The notes beneath the pieces are model-generated. The model made no database searches. It was given only the letters and a program-made list of their open reading frames with translations, and was not told the DNA's origin. From the NCBI GenBank assembly GCA_030704615.1, contig CM060733.1:11036001-11100000 (forward strand): a stretch of DNA of 64,000 nt. Direction: 5' to 3'. Of the stretch, positions 12,541 to 24,900 are shown piece by piece. A program made the position numbers and the translations under genes. How positions within the stretch are numbered: position 1 is the stretch's first letter; the number at the start of each line of letters is the position of its first letter. The DNA is from Takakia lepidozioides. Lineage: Eukaryota > Plantae > Bryophyta.

Positions 12541-14365
12541 GGAACTCCAATACAACATGATCAATACAACACAATATTGCGGAAGGTAGGTTCATAAAGA
12601 CCTGTATCCTGCGATTTCATGAGTTTTCAAGGAATCGGAAAATGGATAGTATCACAATAAAAGCAGTGACCTACATAGTAAATTGTTTTTCACAGTCAAC
12701 CTAATACGGAAATTGGGAAAATGCTTCTGGATTTGCGGTTCCGGGATACATTTGTCACTTCACATCTCTTGTTTCAGAGCTGGGGGCGTAGCATGGTTCA
12801 GGCTCTCACAATTTCCTGTGCTTCATGTTTTCCTGTGACAAACAAGCCTGATGCTCAGTTATGCGCAACCAAGCCCAAAATACTCTGATGTCCTTCTTCA
12901 ACACTTGTCAAATCAAATATACAGTGCCCTTATGAGGGAGAATTCCACTTTGAATGTTGAGTACTCTTGATTACCCTAAGTTGGCCAATGTACCATGTAG
13001 TAGTGAGGAGGACAGGCTTGCACTGGGTTCATTTTCTTACCCAAATGTGGAGCCCTATCTGGATTGATCACCCTCAGAAGCATTCCTAGTGGTTGTAAAC
13101 CTTGTGGGAAGGTGTATTGCTGCAGAAGCTTTGCAGATGCTTACAATATTGCAGCTCCAAACCTGGGGATGGAATTCAAAGCTGCTTGGGTTGTGTAAGC
13201 ATCTGCTGCAAAGCTGGGCAATGCTGCTGGCCAAGTTGCTTGGTTTTATGGAAGTAACTCAAGTCTAGTGGCCGATGGGGTGATGCCTTTGCTGGAGGGG
13301 TGAGGCAAGTGCGGAAGTGCATTGATCGAAGCATTGGCGGTAAAAATGGTACAAAAGTTTTGTCCATTGGGATTTGAGGAGATCCCAGCGCAAGATGGCA
13401 GGGTCATTCTACTGGGATTTTGATTGGTGAGGGAGAGCAGCAGAGTTCTGCTCCGTCTCTCTGCAGAAACCAAGAGATTGGGCGGACATCTCCGAAGCAA
13501 TCGACTGCAGTTGTGGATCAGCTGTACAGTGGATAAGAATGACAAGTAAAGAAGAGCGGGGCCCCCACTCACATCGACGCAGTAAGATGCTGCCAAGTGC
13601 CAGAAAACAGATGGCCACGTGGAGAAGTGCTGGCGCCAATGCATGCAGTGATAGCACGTGTACTAATGATTGAAAGCCACATGGATAGGCATGGAATGAT
13701 CCAGATAGACATGCCATAATCGACCAGACGACGATCAAGGGTGGCGATGGCGGCTGCGAGGCCCTTCTGCGTTCTTCAAATTCAAGGCCCTGCGGAGTTT
13801 CTAAGCAATACGCGTTGTTGTCTCAAGTTTCTTGTACGATTTCTGGACTTGGGTTGAAGCCTTCCTGCTGCATCCGACCATCTCTCTCTAGAGTTGCAAT
13901 TCAGGTCTCCGGGAGTCTCCGCATCAGAAACTATCAGGTGGGTGCCCTATGCGTGCATATTCCTCTTTAGATTCGAAGAACAGTGCAATCGGTGAGTGAA
14001 GTGTGTTGATTTGTTGTGTGGGTCTTTTTAGAGATGGTAAGAAGAGCTGTGCAGGAAGAGCTGGATGGGTAGCGGAAGGTTGTGATTGTAGCAGGCCGAA
14101 TGGAATGCTGCCGTTTCAATTCTGTGGATGCTTCCTCCTCCATAGTCGATATTGCACATCGTCTAAGTTAGTACATGCGTAGTTGGTCTAATGCCGCGCA
14201 TGCATCGACCTGTGAGCTGTGATACTGCTTCCTGTAGAAAGGCGCGTGGTAGTGAATGTACCCCTGTACGATTCTGTTTTCAAAAACGAGGTTGGCTGCT
14301 GAAGTCCATTGTATTTCTGCTCGGTATAAAGGGTTGTGGTGTTTGTGGGTCTCGCAGCCAGCAAC

Positions 14366-15621
14366 ATGCCGAACGCTCGCATCAATGCCTCGATTGACAC
14401 TCCCCAAGTGGATGTTCTCGTGGACGTGGGCCATCCTCTTCTTAACCGGGTGGTAGATGGCTTCATCAAAGTTGGTGGGGTGAGCTCCTGTACTTTTGTG
14501 ATGTTTTGAGGTGCAATGCGTAGTACGAACCTCGTTGCTGTCTGTCCAGGTAGGTTTGAGAGCGTGAAATGCTTCTGTAGGGCGTTTTTTGGCTGTCTTT
14601 TCGAACGATATGGAGGGATCGGAGGACTGACCGAGGTTGGGTCTTATCGCTTGTCTAGGTTGGAGCAGTGCATGCTGCCGCACAGGATGCTTACCGCTTC
14701 CTACTTCAAGGTTTTGTTCGCTCTTATATCCATTCCTTTGTTGTGGAATCTTTCGGTGTTGGAAAGGACAGTCCGTGGCCTAATGCTAACTATAACTTGC
14801 ATACCAGTTGTCTGCCCGTTGCCTTTGCAGATCTTTCCTTCCCTAGCTTTCCAAGCCATTCTTGGATATTCCTTGGATTTTGGTCTTGTACAGGTAGTGA
14901 TGATTTGAATCTATGGTTTTATGAAACAGAGGAAACGAACAAGAAGTCTTTGGAGAAGATGGTACAACGTATGGGCAAAGAAACCGTACAGTGGGGTAAG
15001 ATTCCTGCACCGGGGTGGGGTCCTTGGTAAACGCATGATCATAATATATATTTAGTCTACATATGTTTAGAGTGTAATCTCAAGCTGGTATCAAAGATGT
15101 CGATGGTAATGCACTTGGTTGGTATACTGGAAACGGAAATGCTTGTAATTGTCATTGCTAGCAAATGATATTGATGGTACCTGAGAATTTCGATGTCTTT
15201 GCACAGTAAATCTACATTAGAGAACGGTAGATTAGTAGAACTTGCGATTCTGAACTCATGCTGCGAGTTGCAATGCGTGCAGGGCTTGTGGCCGGAGTTT
15301 ATTCGGGCATGACCTATGGCATGCAAGAGGTTCGCGGTGTACATGATTGGGTGGGTATTTTATCTGGACTTTTGCTATGGATTTTGCAAGAACAAACGTT
15401 GTCTGTAATCTAAGTGGAAGAAATTCGATCGTGCAAGAGAAAATGTCTCACGAGTGTAATGGGATATGATCGGACAGAAAAATGCGCTTTTGGGGGGAGC
15501 ATTGACGGGAGCTGCTCTGTCATTGACGGAACCAAACCCACGACACGATCGAGTGGTGCGTGGAGCAATCACAGGAGGGGCCATTGCCACAGCTGCAGAG
15601 TTTATCCGCAATTTGACTTGA
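14366..15621 (+). CDS. OEP16: Plastid outer envelope pore protein OEP16 (Tim17/22/23 family), 5 exons: 14366-14479, 14659-14710, 14930-14995, 15283-15350, 15478-15621
   Basis: MPNARINASIDTPQVDVLVDVGHPLLNRVVDGFIKVGG|VGAVHAAAQDAY..|KKSLEKMVQRMGKETVQW|GLVAGVYSGMTYGMQEVRGVHDW|KNALLGGALTGAALSL...IATAAEFIRNLT*; GT-AG introns keep the frame. Confidence 0.92.
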
Positions 15622-16520
15622 ATTACTTGCTGTACATCATGTATGTATGTGTGTGATATTGAAGAACGCCTCGCGTGCGTAACTTCTGTGTAGCAGACAA
15701 AAACTCTCTTGTTGTCTATTGAAATGCCACCTATGTGGAAATTTTTTAATGGCAACTGATGTGTCAAGTGCACTGCCTATGTTGCATTCTGCGTCCTTGA
15801 AACTGCAAGCAGACTTGAAGAGTAGTGGAGGGGACGAAGGATTGAACATATCTTTGGAAGTGGGTGTGATGTAAAGCAACATTAAACTACCACAACAAAA
15901 TACTACGTCTGTACATAAAAATGGTCTTTATTTCACTGCATGCATACATGAGATCTTTGAGCATTTGAAATTCTAAATCTTTCGAGTATCGAAGTTTTAA
16001 CCCGTAAAAGCTTCTGTAATCCAACTATATCTTCAATGCATTCTCTACATACCTCTCTTTGTTATTCTTTCAATGACATTGCCAATCATCACAGATTCTC
16101 TGATTCATTCTTAAACTGAACATTGACAGAGTAGTATATATCTGAATTGAGCATGCATGACGTTTCCTCAACAGTAAACTACAATATTGCAAGTCGGTGT
16201 GATGTAAGCAACATAAACTAGCGTTGCGTACCAAAATGATATCTGTTACACTACACACATAGACCATTGCTTTAAAAATGTAAAATTAAGGGAAGTCCCT
16301 AAAAGCTATCTTCAATGCATTCTACAAACATACCCTCTTGTCATTCTTCAGTTCATGGCATTGCCAATCATCGCTTCTGTGACGGTGGCCATGAATAATG
16401 GCAAACTTCCTTCAGAGGAAATGTTTTTCCTGGATTCAGATTTTGTAATGGTGCAACTAATTTTTGTGTGTACGTTACATCATTCAGCCATTGGGCTCCT
16501 GGGTCGTGTGTGGTTTGCAG

Positions 16521-16697
16521 ATACGGATGGCAATGAATCTATTGATTTAGAGGAATTGAAGCTTGTTTCAAAGAGCTACAAGTAGATTGGACAGATGAGG
16601 AAGTGCACGCATTTCATGCAGAGAGTGACATGGACTGTAGCCATGATGTTGAGTTCAAAGAGTTCATCGTGGTACTGGCCCTTGTATACCTTCTTGG
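16521..16697 (+). pseudogene. Isolated EF-hand exon of a CML21/22-like calcium-binding protein, frameshifted
   Basis: DTDGNESIDLEELK/CFKELQVDWTDEEVHAFHAESDMDCSHDVEFKEFIVVLALVYLL after a CAG acceptor; no other exons found. Confidence 0.75.
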
Positions 16698-17132
16698 CAA
16701 ACCTGCAAACAATAGTCAAGCTGTATCCTCCTCCACAGATTTTTTGATTCATTCTTAAGCTTATCATTCACAGACTAGTCTCCATCTTACTGCAGCAGAC
16801 GTAACTTCTGAAAGCAGCTAAGAGAATTGAACATTCTCACCGAAAATACCTGTGACAATGCAGCGTTTCATCTAATCCGAAAGAGATTGTACACGAAGGT
16901 AAAATGGAAGAAGCATGCAGGACAATGACAAATACATTTTGAAAATGGATAAGTACATACGTTGACATTGTATGCTGTTGAGGAGCCTGAAAATATTCCG
17001 TTCCATCTGCACGAGCGATTCCTCCAACACACTACTACTCTTACAAGCCCTTTCTGTTGAACATTCTTTGCCGAAACTGCAGAGTGTAAATGGATTATCT
17101 GAACAATCCTCCACAAAACTGACCAAGGGAAG

Positions 17133-18204
17133 TCAAAGAAGCCGTCGCTTGAAAGCATGCCAAATCTCGTAGTGGTTGAACAGCAGGCTGTTGTGCGTTC
17201 TCTTCCCTACATACACCAACCCTGCTTGAAACAGCCGTGCTTGGCAGTCCCCCGCTGGCAGCCGTGTGCAGAATTTGAGATTATGCGACACATAGAGTCG
17301 TCCCTGCGGACCTGCCAAAGTTGGGCCCAGCACGGCCAGTGTCTGCCACACTTCCGAATCAGGCATATGCAGAAATACAGCACTGGCGTAGATGAGATGG
17401 TAGGGTCCCTCGTAGAAAGAAGTGTCGGTAAGGTTTCTGCTCCGCACAAGCTTTGGTCGCTTGTACAACAAACCCCCAGCAGGCAGCTCGTAAAGCAACG
17501 CTGCCAGCAGCGACAGAACGTCACGCTCCAGGCAATGGAAATGGGCAGGCTGCAAGTAGCGAATGAAATGCAGGCCTACACGCAGCGTACCGCACCCAAC
17601 CTCCAAAACGCGCTGCTGTGGCTGTAGAGAGACTGCGGCAGCCAGAAACTCAAACACATCACGCCCACCGGCCCATGGCTCTCCGTAGTTGCTATGGTGC
17701 TGCTCCACCAGCAATTCCCCTGGACACTCCAATCTGGCCATGCTCCCATTTTCATAATGTGAGATTCCATGGTACCTGCACCCCATCCTCACCTTCATCA
17801 CAAACCATTTCCCTGCAACCCACCGTGTCTATGGCACAATTCACTAACGCTCCGCAACCGAGCCTTCACCTGCTCATGCAAGTGTTAGCACTGGTCACAA
17901 CAACAAGAACGATGGGTTCCGAAGTGCACCTTCGAAGGTCAGAGAGCTGCTGCTGACGAGTCCGTGGATTGATTCCTTTGCGAGCTCGTTGCCACTCCGC
18001 CTCCTCCTCCGCTCCTCTTACCTGCTGTTCCTCCAGCTGCTGCCGCAGCCACTGAACATCCTCCTCCCTCGCTGGACCCGCACCCACTTCTTGCTGCCCT
18101 TCACACCTACACTGCTCCCACGAAATGCATGGCTTTCTCTCGAGAAAGACGAGCAGCAATAAGACAAGGGGCAGCAACAGCAGCGGCAGCCAGGAAGCAG
18201 ACAT
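17133..18204 (-). CDS. Membrane-anchored SAM-dependent methyltransferase-family protein, 2 exons (17930-18204, 17133-17775)
   Basis: N-terminal hydrophobic anchor; HHSNYGEPWAGGRDVFEFL; motif I VLEVGCGTLRVG; LIYASAVFLH; phase-consistent GT-AG intron. Confidence 0.87.
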
Positions 18205-18905
18205 GGTGGGGCCCAACTAGCCCTCCCTTCTCTTAGGAACTCTTTCTTGTGTGCAGGTCTGACTCTCTGCAGGGAAAGCATCTGCCAATCTGGTTGGCAG
18301 AATGTTACATTGTTGTTGCGTAGCCCCTTGGGTCCCAACCTTCGATCTTGAGGTTGGAGCAAGCAAGAGGGCTGGAGAAGAGAGGGAGATAGGTTTACAA
18401 TTGCCTGTTGTCATGGATGTGATTGCCAAGGGGTGTATTAAGTCTGAACACTAGAAGTCCAATCTGGAAAGAATGGTAGTCAAATTACTACTTAGTGATG
18501 TAGCTTGGAATAGACTCTTGAAGAGCCAATACAAGCTGTGTGCACAAAGCAACGATGTCAACTCATTGGCAGAACTAATCATCAGAATGGGCGCACCTTC
18601 TACAGCCTTGCCACAATCTGAGTGGGAGTAAGGTAGATAGATACTTAACTTTCCCCTAAGCTGCACTGGAGGCTATTGGGTACAGTACAGTAATGCTGCA
18701 CTTTCCTAATTTCCTACTCTATTCCCCATGATTTTGGTACTTAAATTATCATTTGTCGGTAGTGTGCAGCATCGTCAAGGGAGCAACACTGATATTCCCA
18801 ACCAAATCGATTTTTCCTCCTTTATATGTGTGCTTGTTCTATTGTGATCATCTGTCTCTACAATATTTCATTATTGTATTCTGGAAGGGGATATATGTGC
18901 AATTA

Positions 18906-21900
18906 TCAATCTTCCTTCTTGGCTCGCCGAACAGTCCTGCGCTTCGACGAATCCAGAAACTTTTTCCGCAGTCGTATTACTTTCGGTGTCACCTGTCATG
19001 GGGGAAACACATATTCAATCAGTCAATGCTAGCAATGACAGCATATCCACACAAACACTTGCATTCGCGAGTTCTTTTCATTGCACCTTTGAACGACCTT
19101 GTAGCCCTTCTCAACCTTCTTTGGAAATGTCAGTAAAAACCCTATCTCATACTGCATATGACTATTATGGTCGACCTACTGTTGAAAGACAACAGGGGTA
19201 GACCAAATACCTCAATAAGCTCATCTGAAGCCACATACCCTATCGCTTCCTCCAATGATATCTGCCGGACAGCGCACAGATGATTAGACAGGAGTCTTAG
19301 CCACAAATCAATCAAACAAGTGTAGGGGACTCTGGCACTACCAGACGAGGAGGCGTCAATCGAACATTTTCATCTTTGCCGGCTGCCCGAATATTGTTAA
19401 GCTCCTTGGTGCGCACAGGATTGATCTATAACAACCCCACTTCCATGTCAGACTATTTTCCCCCATAAACACAACTAGTAGCATTGTCAGATCTGCCTTG
19501 CTGCTTGCATTCTATTGCAAAAGCCACTATTAACAGATCTATCCTGGGTCAGCAGCACCGTTGATTATAGCCAGCCTGATTGATTCATATTGACGGGTCT
19601 GAATATTTGCTTGGAACTTCTTATTGGTGTGCTTAACAGGCCTCTTCCTTCCCTGGGTGCCATCTAGCATATTGGAGAACCATAACAACCGAGACAAACC
19701 TGGTCATTTGAGTTAAATTCCACAAACATGTACAAGCTTATGATATGGGCAACTAACTAAAAGTCTAACCTCAAGGTCGGTCTCCCGGGAGTGTTCACCA
19801 ATAACCATACCGTCATATGTCTGCACATCATGGACATCACTCTGTGCTTTAGTTTCCTCACTCCAAGCACCTTTCTGACAGTATAAAACAGAAGCAGCAG
19901 AGGCATGTACAGTACGATACCTGTCCTCATAGACAGCTTCTTCTGACTTGATAGATGCCCTACCAAGTAATCTCCAGTCAGTTGTAGCCTACCTAGCAAG
20001 AGGTGCCTACTCAGAGAGAGAGAGAGCTTGCAACAAAGGACTACAACAGTAAGAGAGATATGGAGGTAGGGACAGAGACCTCCATGCCAGGTTGCACAAA
20101 AAGAATGCCCCGGGCTTCAAGGGCCATCAGTGAATGAGCTGTGATGGTGCCAGTAGCCATTGAGACCTGTACAAAACAAAGAGAAAAACTTCAGCACTCT
20201 CCAGTCTGACTAACAAACATGTCAGCATGACCATGTCCTATGAGATTGTAAATCGGAGTGCTTCACACCTAGTGTGCGACAAATTGCTGTCTGTACTACA
20301 TGACTTTAAAGTATATTGAACACCTATTGGTCTAGTATGCAAACTGAACAGATAGAATGCATTGCTTGCAGTAATATGACCAGAGAACGTTGTTAAGACG
20401 CCATAAGCGGGAGACATGTCCTTCAGAGTAGGGGAGGGCAGAGCAGGGGCCAGAGCGGCGTGGGATTCAAGAGACCGGGCTCGACCAGGGCGTGCTTACC
20501 TGGCCGAATCGGCCCTCTGCTGCCTGTTCTCTAGCACAGAAAGAGCAGACACAGACAAGAGACTGACACAGAGAGATATAAGGTTTGGGAACTGGGAATT
20601 TACCAGAACACCTTTTCTGACATTCCCTAGTGGGCCACGATATTTGCCATATGCTGCCATTTCACGACATGAGCACATGTTCAGCGACATTGCCATTCAC
20701 AACAAATTCTTTCCTATTCCAGCTGCCGGGATGTGAAACCCAATCTGACATGTGTAGTTCACATTCTACAAACCTAACCCTACAGTGAAGTGAAAGAGCA
20801 AGAAGTGGAGCAAGCATACTGAGAAAGGCACGGTGCATGAAGCCAGTGCCATGTGAGTCAGTGCTGAAGACACTACGATATCCGACAAGCCCTCTGCAAC
20901 CAACCATTCAATTGCATCACTCACTCTCTCACTGTCAACTGCAAAGCCAGAACCCCAAACAAACTTCAAAAACTATCTGTCTTTCTCCATGCTGCACATA
21001 GCCACAAGGCTAAACCAAGGCAGGTCTAATAAGTACATCATCTTTTAGAATATATAATAGATCACCCTAAAGATGCCAATTCTTGGCCTCTGTTCTATTC
21101 TTTCCACCCCTTAAGCCAAACCCCTATTCCGGCTCTGTTCAAGCAGGCCATAAGTTTAATGAGCACAAGGCTATGCAGAACATGTTTAAACTCCCCCTCT
21201 CTCTAACTGCATTCTATCCTTATTTTCTCTGTCTCCCTCTCATAATGTAAGGCTGCAATAACATGCAGTGCAAGATAATCGAACCTGGAGGGGCATGTGA
21301 AGGAAAGGCGGGTGCGACCCACACTCTCAGGACAGGGACCCATGTCTAGCAATTCTGCACGGCGGTGAGAGAGAGCCTCGATTACCAGCCCAGAATGCTC
21401 ATCGTTGACCTAAACCCCATCCCACACAGATCAGTCCCAGCTACATTTTCTATCCCAACTAAATAGACCTTGTACTTCTGATGCATTTGAAGTTAGCCTG
21501 GAGATATGAAGAAGATATCTGTGTGTTGCTAGAACTCCTTTGTCACATAAGGATTGGCTGTTTGATACTTGTTCCTTGTTTTAAGAACAACTCGCGACTG
21601 CCCCTCTCAGCAGAACAATCCACTTGGCAGCTACCTCTCACCTATTAGATATGATTAGCTACAAGTACTGAGAGTAACTCATGCTGGTCTCCTTTACAGA
21701 CCTGGTCATGGAAAGCATGCGCACATAAATACCCCACATGCATACCTCAATGACAACCTCCTCAATCGGCTCAAGTTTCTTCCCATTCTCCATTTTGTAC
21801 CTGTTAAAACAAGGAGACTCCTAAGTGAGAGAAACCCGGCAAAAGAGAAACTTTAGTGACAGGTCAGAGAGGACATGCAAACCGTCCAATTGAAGCTGGC

Positions 21901-24900
21901 AAAAGAACCCCTACAATCTCTCAGAAGTAAATCACAGTTTGTGAGAAATGTGAAACCCAAGGTTGGAAGGTCATAGCATTGGCTAGTAAATATGCCCAAG
22001 AATGGAGTGACAAAGTAGTTACCAGGATTACCAGGGTTCATAAAGTTCATTACCACCCACACCACATGTAGGTTTGTTCAGTGCACCCAACAGGAGATGA
22101 AATTCAACTTGTGTCACTATGCATTCTGAGAAAGTCAGTTATGCTAGTGAAAATGTTTTCCTCCTTGCCCCAACATTAGTTGAATAGAGTTTCTATTGGA
22201 AATTATTCAACACTTTAAAATTTTACATCCAAACAGTTTGTCCAGCACTTACATATTGCATTCAAGCACATTTGCCCGTAGTTTTGCAGACACTTGTGCC
22301 AGGGAATGAAAAGGTTGAAGTCGTCTTTCAACAATGGCGTGCCCTCAGAACATTCAACTGGTCAACGGCAAAGAGAAAAGGTCTAAAGCTAACAACAGAG
22401 GATGACAAATACATATCCTTGGAAAAATGAAGAATCTAACAGGACTTGTGGGTGAAAAGACAACTTCAAACTTACATAACAGCAGGAGGAGAGACTGAAA
22501 GCTCGAAGCCCTCGCGCCGCATATTTTCAATAAGAATACCTGCCAAATTCAACAAAACCACCATCCAGTCTCATCCAGTTTCCTTGCTAACCTAACTGCA
22601 GTCTGCACTGCTGCTACTCCCAACCAAGCGATAGCTACAACCCCTGCTTTTTTTTTGGAGCTGCTGTAATGAGCTACATTAGTGACCTCTCCCTCAACCA
22701 CAAAGTGGAGACAAAATTTCTTTTTCTTGTGACCTCAATACCATGAGGACAGAGGAATATAGTATGGTATTTTCAGAGATTGCTTGTCCTTTAAGCTGTA
22801 AGGGCATAAGGTACCTAGCAGCAACATGCATCGGGCACTCAGTTTTTGAGCGAAGTAAAACATATTTCCAGGTTTACTTGTTGGTCTACTGGTTTTTAAG
22901 TACTATGTTACTTCTCTTCCTCTCTCTCTCCCTACAATTGTGTCTCGCAACACAACAAGCAACACTTGAATATCACTTATCACATAGAGGCCTAGAACTG
23001 CAGCGCAGCAATTACACTCATCCTTGCTAGTATGATATCAATGCCATGCGTACAAACAAGGACTCATTCCTCATAGCCAGGCCTCAGCTTTGTGTGAACA
23101 CTGAAAATTTCCAATTTAGCCTCATATTCCATGGCCGAAACCCCATGCCAAGGCTGGAATCCCCCAGCCAACATTTGCAGGGGATGTGGATGAGGTTTCT
23201 CTCTCCCTCTCTGCCCTTTGCACCTCTCATGTATCTATTCAAGTTCTTCACCATCTTTTTTCTTCTTTCTTTTCCCATATCATCTATCAGACAACAATGG
23301 GGTGAAATCAAAGAGTGGCAATCAGAGTACGATGTGCATACCGAGCTGAAGCTCGCCGCGACCTTGCACCTCATAGGCATCCTGACCAGCGGTTGGAACC
23401 AACCCTATTGATAAATTGCTCTCTGCCTCTGCCATCAGCCTTTCCCCTATTTTGGGCCCTGTCAGCTGCCATCACTAATAATCAGTACCTCCATTTACAA
23501 TACATCCACTTTAAAAAGCCAGACCACACTTAACACCCAACACGAGTACACTCACACATTTGCGTCCAGATCCTGCCTACATATAGCCTCCTTGCATTAA
23601 TGCCAAGGAAGCACATAATGAAAAAGCAGCTAGTGTGAGGATCCAACACTGATAATCCAAACAAGACGCAGCGTACGCAAGCGGCCAGAGGGTGCGGAGA
23701 AGGGGTTACCTGGTTACCATCACGGCCTCCCAGTGGAGAATCATTGACACTGAAGGTCATTGATATGGTAGGAGGGTCCATTGCAGCTGCTGGCAGTGCC
23801 TCTGTAACCTGCACACCACAATAGTTTGTAACTCCTCCGTATAGAAGCACACACTAATGAGATTGCCCAATGAAGAGGAGGCTTGCGATCACCCATTACT
23901 CACCTCTACAGCGGCCACTGTATGGCCAATCGACGGCTGTGAGAGGCCTGCCATCGACACAATGTCACCTGCGCCTGCACGATCTACCAGTGCAGTGCTA
24001 GTGCCCTTCTTCTTCATCAGCTTCACAACCTGCTCCAAGCAATCGTCCCCTTAGGCTGACTGGTACTGGACACGTAAAGTTAGGTAAGGTGTGTCCAGAG
24101 AGGCACCCACCTTGCCTTCATCAAAGGGCTCAGAGCCACTTTCACTGCTGCGAAGTCCATGCACCCTGTCCCCGACACGCACTATGCCTGATACAATTCG
24201 CCCTGTCAAGATGCGCCCTAAATATGCATCACGCTCCATCATAGACACCTGTCACATCCAGCCAGCCCAAATTGCAAAGGAATAAAAGTGCAGTCGCAGT
24301 CAGTTCCTTTGTCCCAATTGAGCTTATGCTACACAAAGATGAAGATCCTGCTTAAACTTCACCCAACCACCCAACACGTGCGAGGTACCTTCCTCAGTCC
24401 CCTCTGATAATCAATGGCTGATGAGTAGATTTGTGAAACCCCAGAGATTCATTGACCACTCCCTGCAAGTGTTGGATATGACCTACCCTTAAGGGCCAAG
24501 TCCCCACAGGACACTAACATCAAGAGCTGGTTGTGGGACTCTAGCCGACCAGGGTAAAATTTGTGGCAAAATTTCAATGGCATACAGCTAAAAACAATCC
24601 AATTACAGGGGATGGAGTGTTTGACAAGCTGGTACGAACATTGATTGATTGACATGTTGATTCCAGCACTGCTACTGTAGACCCAATTCGGCCACAGATG
24701 TGACACAACTTACACATTGTGTAGAAAAGAGAGAGAGAATAGTACTCATAAGACGTTGTTTGCCGTAGCCTTGTGGCCATAGACCCCGCACCCAGTTTGG
24801 GCGGAACACAGAGAGAAGAATTGAGAGAGGGAATGTACTCATAAGACGTTCTTTGCCATAGCCTTGTTGCCATTGACCCCGTGCCCAGTTGGAGCGCAAC

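Noticed and set aside
12600-13780. Exon-like segments on the - strand, divergent from OEP16
   Set aside because: Splice-like signals are present, but there is no recognisable protein and the frames contain stops; not supportable.
14168-15030. ORFs 14168-14683 (-), 14516-14908 (+) and 14668-15030 (+)
   Set aside because: They overlap OEP16 exons and introns, and the spliced model explains the coding signal.
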